In this document: positions 9,090 to 14,027 of the stretch, piece after piece
Layout: every line of letters begins with the position of its first letter
Numbering within the stretch: the stretch's first letter is position 1
Origin: a virus
Taxonomy: Duplodnaviria > Heunggongvirae > Uroviricota > Caudoviricetes
Virus record (IMG/VR): IMGVR_UViG_3300029839_000128
Direction: 5' to 3' (one strand)
DNA length: 49,498 nucleotides
Made by a program: the position numbers and the translations under genes
Notes under the pieces: generated by a model
The model's input: the letters and a program-made list of their open reading frames with translations, nothing else
The model's database searches: none
What the model was told of the DNA's origin: nothing

Positions 9090-9165
9090 GGGGCCATAGC
9101 TCAGCTGGGAGAGCGCCTGCCTTGCAAGCAGGAGGTCGGGAGTTCGATCCTCCCTGGTTCCACCA
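9090..9165 (+). tRNA. tRNA-Ala(TGC)
   Basis: Cloverleaf, anticodon arm CCTGC-ctTGCaa-GCAGG, G3-U70, encoded CCA. Confidence 0.97.
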
Positions 9166-9278
9166 GTAAGATGTGTTGGATATGTTGACGATTGTGCGGT
9201 TCAGCTCATTACTTTACTGCTATTTTAGTCAAAATCCTATCAGCTGCAGATGAGGTTCTTCGGACGCACATCGTAAAT

Positions 9279-9354
9279 CGGGATATAGCTCAGCAGGTAG
9301 AGCATACGATTGATAATCGTAAGGTCGGAAGTTCGACTCTTCCTGTCCCGACCA
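9279..9354 (+). tRNA. tRNA-Ile(GAT)
   Basis: TACGA-ttGATaa-TCGTA, GTTCGA T-loop, CCA. Confidence 0.95.
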
Positions 9355-9356
9355 TA

Positions 9357-9374
9357 AACCTTGAAAAGTAAATA
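9357..9374 (+). promoter_or_regulatory. second boxA-like element upstream of tmRNA
   Basis: AACCTTGAAAAGTAAATA resembles the clostridial rrn spacer boxA (ACCTTGAAAACTGAATA type). Confidence 0.4.
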
Positions 9375-9375
9375 T

Positions 9376-9785
9376 GGGGTCGCAATGGGTTCGACGGGGT
9401 TTTGAGAATGTGATGTTCGCAGGTAGAAGACCGCCTCAAGGCTTAACCAAAAATAAAATGACGACACTACTGTTGTAATGATCCATCCCGCACTGGCTGC
9501 TTGTGTAGCAGAGGGGATTGCCGCCTAATTGACGGCTGGAACCAAAACAATGCACTTGTACGGAAGGGGCATTTGAGGTTAAAGAATCCGTACATAAACA
9601 GTTTCCTTGTTCTGTAACAAAATAAGGTGGTGGAGGTGTGCCAAGCCGGTACGCCCTAAGTGTAGATTTGACAGTATCGCAAGCAACTTTCCGCAAGGAG
9701 AAAGCTGAAACACTGTCTATTGCGTAAGAAGACATCTCATAAGTAGGAATTTCGGACAGGGGTTCGATTCCCCTCGACTCCACCA
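9376..9785 (+). ncRNA. ssrA: tmRNA (transfer-messenger RNA)
   Basis: 5' GGGGTCG..GGTTCGACGGGG; 3' GGACAGGGGTTCGATTCCCCTCGACTCCACCA; acceptor stem with G3-U70. Tag frame 9460-9528 (DDTTVVMIHPALAACVAEGIAA*) follows an A-rich resume context. Confidence 0.95.
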
Positions 9786-9788
9786 TAT

Positions 9789-9864
9789 AGAGGATGTAGT
9801 GCTAATGGATAACACGCCGGCTTTGGGAGCCGGAATTGCGGTTCAAATCCGACATCTTCTACCA
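9789..9864 (+). tRNA. tRNA-Pro(TGG), atypical (8-bp acceptor, short T-stem)
   Basis: CCGGC-ttTGGga-GCCGG anticodon arm, GTTCAAATC T-loop, CCA; acceptor AGAGGATG/CATCTTCT. Confidence 0.75.
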
Positions 9865-9868
9865 TCTT

Positions 9869-9929
9869 TGGGGCACTTACAGCAACATTAACAAAACTTG
9901 TATAGGTTTCAAGAAAAAAATGTGCCCTA
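9869..9929 (+). repeat. ACAGCAAC stem element, copy 1 (candidate small RNA)
   Basis: TGGGGCAC/GTGCCCTA stem enclosing TTACAGCAAC, an A-rich linker and a CTTG/CAAG hairpin. Confidence 0.65.
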
Positions 9930-9937
9930 TAAAATAC

Positions 9938-10004
9938 GGAGACGCTAACAGCAACTTAACAAAAAAATCAAAGCTATTTACATTTGACAACAAAATGCGT
10001 CTTC
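9938..10004 (+). repeat. ACAGCAAC stem element, copy 2
   Basis: GGAGACGC/GCGTCTTC stem enclosing TAACAGCAAC, an A-rich linker and a TCAAA/TTTGA hairpin. Confidence 0.65.
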
Positions 10005-10010
10005 AAATAT

Positions 10011-10086
10011 TGGCCCGTAGCTCAGTTGGTAGAGCGCCTGACTGTTAATCAGGATGTCGCAGGTTCGAGTCCTGCCGGGTCAGCCA
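10011..10086 (+). tRNA. tRNA-Asn(GTT)
   Basis: CCTGA-ctGTTaa-TCAGG, G73, CCA. Confidence 0.97.
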
Positions 10087-10136
10087 ACAATAACAGGCGT
10101 AATGCCGTTTGCCCTTGGGAGACCGGGGTTATATAT

Positions 10137-10211
10137 TGCGGGGTAGAGCAGCGGTAGCTCACCAGCCCCATAAGCTGGGGGTCGTGGGTTCGAGTCCCAC
10201 CTCCGCAACCA
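10137..10211 (+). tRNA. tRNA-Met(CAT), initiator-like body
   Basis: CCAGC-ccCATaa-GCTGG; TGCGGGG acceptor and A11-U24 resemble fMet; CCA. Confidence 0.85.
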
Positions 10212-10442
10212 TGCCCGCCTCACGAACAGAGCGGAGACTGTAAACCGAATGAGGAATAGAAACCATCGTATCTGGCAGCGGTGATTTGCAGGTTTAGGAA
10301 ATCTGATGACGAGCGGAAAGACGCTACACCCAAGGCTTTTGACCAAGTTAGGTTTGGGTTGAAGAAAAACTGGCGGAGATCCATTACTCCTGAACTGGTG
10401 ACGCTTCGCAAAGACGAAGATTGCGCCGCAAGCGGCGCATAT

Positions 10443-10518
10443 GTCCGGTTAGCTCAGCTGGGAGAGCATATGCCCTACAAGCATGGGGTCGGCGGTTCGA
10501 GTCCGTCACCGGACACCA
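10443..10518 (+). tRNA. tRNA-Val(TAC)
   Basis: TATGC-ccTACaa-GCATG, GTTCGA T-loop, CCA. Confidence 0.93.
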
Positions 10519-10523
10519 TAAAT

Positions 10524-10600
10524 GCAGGCGTAGTGTTTAACGGATAGCATACTGGTCTTCCAAACCAGGGGTACGGGTTCAAATCCCGTTGTCTGCTCCA
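10524..10600 (+). tRNA. tRNA-Gly(TCC)
   Basis: CTGGT-ctTCCaa-ACCAG, U73, CCA. Confidence 0.93.
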
Positions 10601-10609
10601 TTTTAATAT

Positions 10610-10694
10610 GCGGGTATGGCGGAATTGGAAGACGTGCGGGATTTAGGTTCCCGCGCCGTAAGGCGTGTGAGTTCGATCCTCACTACCCGTACCA
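10610..10694 (+). tRNA. tRNA-Leu(TAG)
   Basis: CGGGA-ttTAGgt-TCCCG, long variable arm, CCA. Confidence 0.95.
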
Positions 10695-10696
10695 CT

Positions 10697-10761
10697 GGGG
10701 CACTTACAGCAACTTATTTTCTGGAATCAACTGTTAATTGATCAAACCAAAACAGTGCTCC
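10697..10761 (+). repeat. ACAGCAAC stem element, copy 3, carrying an Asn(GTT)-type anticodon stem-loop
   Basis: GGGGCACT/AGTGCTCC stem, TTACAGCAAC, and internal ATCAA-ctGTTaa-TTGAT. Confidence 0.7.
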
Positions 10762-10769
10762 GTATATAT

Positions 10770-10856
10770 GCCGGCGTGATGGAATTGGTAGACTTGACGG
10801 ACTCAAAATCCGTTGGTAGCGATACCGTGTGGGTTCGAGTCCCACCGCCGGCACCA
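10770..10856 (+). tRNA. tRNA-Leu(CAA)
   Basis: ACGGA-ctCAAaa-TCCGT, long variable arm, CCA. Confidence 0.95.
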
Positions 10857-10864
10857 GCTTTTAC

Positions 10865-10949
10865 GCGGGGGTGGCGTAACTGGCAGACGCATCAGGCTTA
10901 AGTCCTGATATCGTGAGGTGTAGGGGTTCGAGTCCCCTTCCCCGCACCA
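10865..10949 (+). tRNA. tRNA-Leu(TAA)
   Basis: TCAGG-ctTAAgt-CCTGA, long variable arm, CCA. Confidence 0.92.
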
Positions 10950-10959
10950 TATTACAGCT

Positions 10960-11036
10960 GGCAGCATGACTGGAGATGGCTCCAGCACGGCTTCATAAGC
11001 CGTAAGACGCAGGTTCGAGTCCTGCTGCTGCCACCA
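10960..11036 (+). tRNA. tRNA-Met(CAT) (elongator Met, or Ile2), atypical D-arm
   Basis: ACGGC-ttCATaa-GCCGT, GGCAGCA/TGCTGCC acceptor, CCA; the D-arm is CTGGA/TCCAG. Confidence 0.85.
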
Positions 11037-11039
11037 TAT

Positions 11040-11113
11040 GATGCCGTAGCCAAGTGGTAAGGCTCTGGGCTGCAACCCCAGGATCATAGGTTCAAATCCT
11101 ATCGGCGTCTCCA
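11040..11113 (+). tRNA. tRNA-Cys(GCA)
   Basis: CTGGG-ctGCAac-CCCAG, U73, CCA. Confidence 0.95.
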
Positions 11114-11116
11114 TAT

Positions 11117-11192
11117 TGGGGTATCGCCAAAATGGTTAAGGCACAGGACTTTGACTCCTGCACTACTGGTTCGAGTCCAGTTACCCCAGCCA
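11117..11192 (+). tRNA. tRNA-Gln(TTG)
   Basis: CAGGA-ctTTGac-TCCTG, U1-A72, CCA. Confidence 0.95.
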
Positions 11193-11340
11193 TAAGGTTT
11201 GACCGTACCTTGCCACACGGTTTGGTATGACACCGCCATAAGTAGTGTGTAGCGGCAGCGCGCAGAAGGTTATGCGAGCTATGCGTTGGTTCTACGGCAA
11301 TGTGAAAGTAAGTGTTGGCAGCACACCGTAGAGTTTATAT

Positions 11341-11417
11341 GCTCCCATCCTCTAATTGGAATAGGAGGCCGGCCTCTCAAGCCGGCAATACGAGTTCGAG
11401 CCTCGTTGGGAGTACCA
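11341..11417 (+). tRNA. tRNA-Glu(CTC)
   Basis: CCGGC-ctCTCaa-GCCGG, CCA. Confidence 0.92.
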
Positions 11418-11420
11418 AAT

Positions 11421-11497
11421 GGTGCCGTGGACGAATTGGTAGAGTTGCCGGCCTTTCAAGCCGGAGTTTGCGGGTTCAATCCCCGCCGGCATCACCA
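11421..11497 (+). tRNA. tRNA-Glu(TTC)
   Basis: CCGGC-ctTTCaa-GCCGG, CCA. Confidence 0.92.
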
Positions 11498-11513
11498 GAA
11501 ATGAGGATCGTAT

Positions 11514-11744
11514 ATGGGCAGAAAATCTAACGAAACACAAGTTAAAATTGTGAAGAAGATACCGTCTACTGAAAATGGGCCGGGTGTACATTGTACTACT
11601 TTATCTGGGGACATATATATTATTTCTCAATGCGTAGAGAAATGCAGATTTACATTATGGCACAAGGTTGAAGGAGGTTTTGTCCAGATAGCAACTGCGA
11701 AATCTCCATTAGATCTTGATGATATGATTCCTTGGATAGACTAA
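11514..11744 (+). CDS. small hypothetical protein embedded in the tRNA array
   Basis: 76-aa ORF that fills the spacer between tRNA-Glu and tRNA-Asp; GAGGA RBS before the ATG. Confidence 0.6.
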   Translation: MGRKSNETQVKIVKKIPSTENGPGVHCTTLSGDIYIISQCVEKCRFTLWHKVEGGFVQIATAKSPLDLDDMIPWID

Positions 11745-11746
11745 AT

Positions 11747-11823
<77 letters not shown>

Positions 11824-11825
11824 AT

Positions 11826-11900
11826 AGGGGTTTGGTGTAATTGGCAGCATGACGGTCTCCAAAATCGTTGGTGAGGGTTCAAATCCTTCAACCCCTGCCA
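11826..11900 (+). tRNA. tRNA-Trp(CCA)
   Basis: ACGGT-ctCCAaa-ATCGT, G73, CCA. Confidence 0.95.
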
Positions 11901-11901
11901 T

Positions 11902-11977
11902 GCTGATGTAGCTCAGATGGTAGAGCGATTGTTTCGTAAGCAATATGTCCAGAGTTCGATTCTCTGCATCAGCTCCA
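11902..11977 (+). tRNA. tRNA-Thr(CGT)
   Basis: ATTGT-ttCGTaa-GCAAT, CCA. Confidence 0.93.
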
Positions 11978-11980
11978 TTT

Positions 11981-12056
11981 GCTGGTATAGCTCAGATGGT
12001 AGAGCGACGGATTTGTAACCCGTAGGTCGTCGGTTCGACCCCGGCTACCAGCTCCA
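11981..12056 (+). tRNA. tRNA-Thr(TGT)
   Basis: ACGGA-ttTGTaa-CCCGT, CCA. Confidence 0.93.
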
Positions 12057-12194
12057 TTCACAAGATATGTAGTTTGGAAACTACACTAAATATAGGAGTT
12101 TTAATAGAAATCAATGAAGCATTGTTTTAAGAACCATCCCGAATAGTAATGGGCAGGGGATAAATACATATAAATACTTAGTCAAAATATAAAT

Positions 12195-12281
12195 CGGTAG
12201 GTATCCAAATTGGTGAAGGAAGCGGTCTGTAAAATCGTGACATTAGAAACGCTGTTGGTTCAAGTCCAACCCTACCGACCA
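12195..12281 (+). tRNA. tRNA-Tyr(GTA) with C1-G72
   Basis: GCGGT-ctGTAaa-ATCGT, long variable region, acceptor CGGTAGG/CCTACCG, A73, CCA. Confidence 0.9.
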
Positions 12282-12286
12282 AATAT

Positions 12287-12379
12287 GGCGGAATTGACCC
12301 CAGTAGGTGCGGGGAGCAGTCTTGAAAACTGTTGGCTGTGATGAGCGGCTTGTGGGTTCGAGTCCTACTTCCGCCGCCA
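12287..12379 (+). tRNA. tRNA-Ser(TGA)
   Basis: GCAGT-ctTGAaa-ACTGT, long variable arm, G73, CCA. Confidence 0.92.
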
Positions 12380-12441
12380 TACTTCATATACCATGTGTAT
12401 ATTGAAGCCAGGGAAGTCGTATTGCGATTTCCCTCTTTTAC

Positions 12442-12518
12442 GGAACGATAGCTTATGAGGTCTGAGCGGCGGTCTGAAAAACCGCAGGATGAAGGATCGT
12501 TACCTTCTCGTTCCACCA
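12442..12518 (+). tRNA. tRNA-Phe(GAA), T-loop variant
   Basis: GCGGT-ctGAAaa-ACCGC; T-arm GAAGG-ATCGTTA-CCTTC; CCA. Confidence 0.88.
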
Positions 12519-12874
12519 TGCCAGAAATGGCAACTTTACTCCTATCAAGGTGCGAGGCGAGACGGATAGGCGTCTAAGACCCACGCAACATCTTATCTTA
12601 TGCCGGCAAGTGTATGGGGTCATTCCCTCCGGTGAAAGTCCGGCGCAGAAACGCGATAGATCTAACTGAGCTGCTGTGAGCAAAGCAGGCAAGCCGATCA
12701 GGAGCGCGGCGGGCCGACATACCCCAACAGGACTTTGGGAGCCTGAGAAAGTATGTCCCTCTAAAGGTGGTCAGCAACTGAGGTAAAAGAAGTGTAGTAA
12801 CCGTGCAAATCGGAACGACTGGTAAATTCCATCCGTGAGAGTCGGACGTTGCTTCTACGAAAAGAAGCTTTTAT

Positions 12875-12950
12875 GCGCCTGTAGCTCAGATGGAAGAGCA
12901 GCGCACTTTTAATGCGTGGGTCGGGGGTTCGATTCCCTTCAGGCGCACCA
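12875..12950 (+). tRNA. tRNA-Lys(TTT)
   Basis: GCGCA-ctTTTaa-TGCGT, CCA. Confidence 0.96.
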
Positions 12951-12974
12951 AATCATATGACCAATATTATGAGG

Positions 12975-13002
12975 AGTCCGACCATTTCTGGTCGGGCTTT
13001 TT
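12975..13002 (+). terminator. intrinsic terminator ending the RNA operon
   Basis: AGTCCGACCA-tttc-TGGTCGGGCT followed by a T-run. Confidence 0.8.
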
Positions 13003-13026
13003 CTATATAGAAAGGAGGCCGCAGCA

Positions 13027-14025
13027 ATGGCGGTAAAAAAGCAGCTGATGAAAAGAACGTCGGCTCCGAAAGTAAACAAGAATGCAAAGCCTGGAACGAT
13101 TGAGCCGCGCATTGAAAGTGACGAGGAATATCGCTGTGTAACTTGCGGCCACAAGTATAAAAAGCAGGAAAGCAATTTTGGAGCGTCTAAATCTCCGCTA
13201 TTTTCAGGTAACAATGGATATGTTCCTTATTGCCGACATTGTATCGCAAAACTCTACGAGAGCTATATCCCTTTTTATGATAACGATGAGGATGCGGCAA
13301 TGGAAAGGGTATGCCAGATTACCGATATGTATTTTGATCCAGATATTTGGGCTATGTCCCGGAAGATCAGCACCAGCAAGGATGGGAAAAGCCGGAATAG
13401 GGTGAGCACCTATATTTCAAAGTTGAATTTGAAACAAAGTGATGGCTGCAATACCTATTCTGACACCTTAATCCGCAGATGGGAAGCAGAAGTAGAAAAT
13501 GCTGAGACTGTGCAGGAAGCTGTACAGAACGAAGATATCAAAGTCACACTGGAAACTATGCGTAGATTTGGTATGGGATTTACAGATGGCGATTACGATG
13601 TGATGCAGTCTGAATATGATAGCTGGATTGAAAAGATGGGCGAGCCGATCGATAAGCGCCAAGAAGAGCTTTATGTAACAATTTGTTATTTGAAGCTCAA
13701 TCTACAAAAAAGTATTCAGGGTGGATCGACCGGTACCGGAACAACAGCTAATTCTTATAAAGCTTTTATTGAGGCTGCAACAACCGAGATTGAAGACCGA
13801 AAGAAAAAGGCTGAAGCTGATATGGAGCTTAAACCTATTGGTATGCTTTATCGAGACATCGAAGAGTATTGTCCGGCTGAGTATTACAAGGACAAAACTT
13901 TGTATGCAGATTTCGATCATTTGAAAGAATATATCCTCCGGTTTATGTCCCGCCCTCTTAAAAATCTTCTGACCGGCTCCAAAGAAATGGATAAGGAATT
14001 TAACTTGTCTGGATCGGAGGAGTAA
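13027..14025 (+). CDS. Zn-finger protein preceding terminase (putative terminase small subunit, YonG-like position)
   Basis: CVTC...CRHC Zn ligands, strong RBS, directly upstream of TerL. The function is inferred from position. Confidence 0.55.
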   Translation: MAVKKQLMKRTSAPKVNKNAKPGTIEPRIESDEEYRCVTCGHKYKKQESNFGASKSPLFSGNNGYVPYCRHCIAKLYESYIPFYDNDEDAAMERVCQITDMYFDPDIWAMSRKISTSKDGKSRNRVSTYISKLNLKQSDGCNTYSDTLIRRWEAEVENAETVQEAVQNEDIKVTLETMRRFGMGFTDGDYDVMQSEYDSWIEKMGEPIDKRQEELYVTICYLKLNLQKSIQGGSTGTGTTANSYKAFIEAATTEIEDRKKKAEADMELKPIGMLYRDIEEYCPAEYYKDKTLYADFDHLKEYILRFMSRPLKNLLTGSKEMDKEFNLSGSEE

Positions 14026-14027
14026 TT

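Noticed and set aside
10303..10319. Hammerhead ribozyme core (CTGATGA...GAAA)
   Set aside because: Only 6 nt lie between the boxes with no viable stem II, and I could not build stems I/III with a cleavage triplet.
9869..10761. CRISPR mini-array interpretation of the ACAGCAAC repeats
   Set aside because: Spacing is irregular, each repeat pairs with the far end of its own unit, tRNAs intervene and there are no cas genes.
12620..12670. Cobalamin riboswitch, RNase P RNA or group II intron (GGTGAAAGTCC)
   Set aside because: Only the T-loop hairpin matches. The GGGAA/B12 box, RNase P P4 consensus and intron domain V are not seen.
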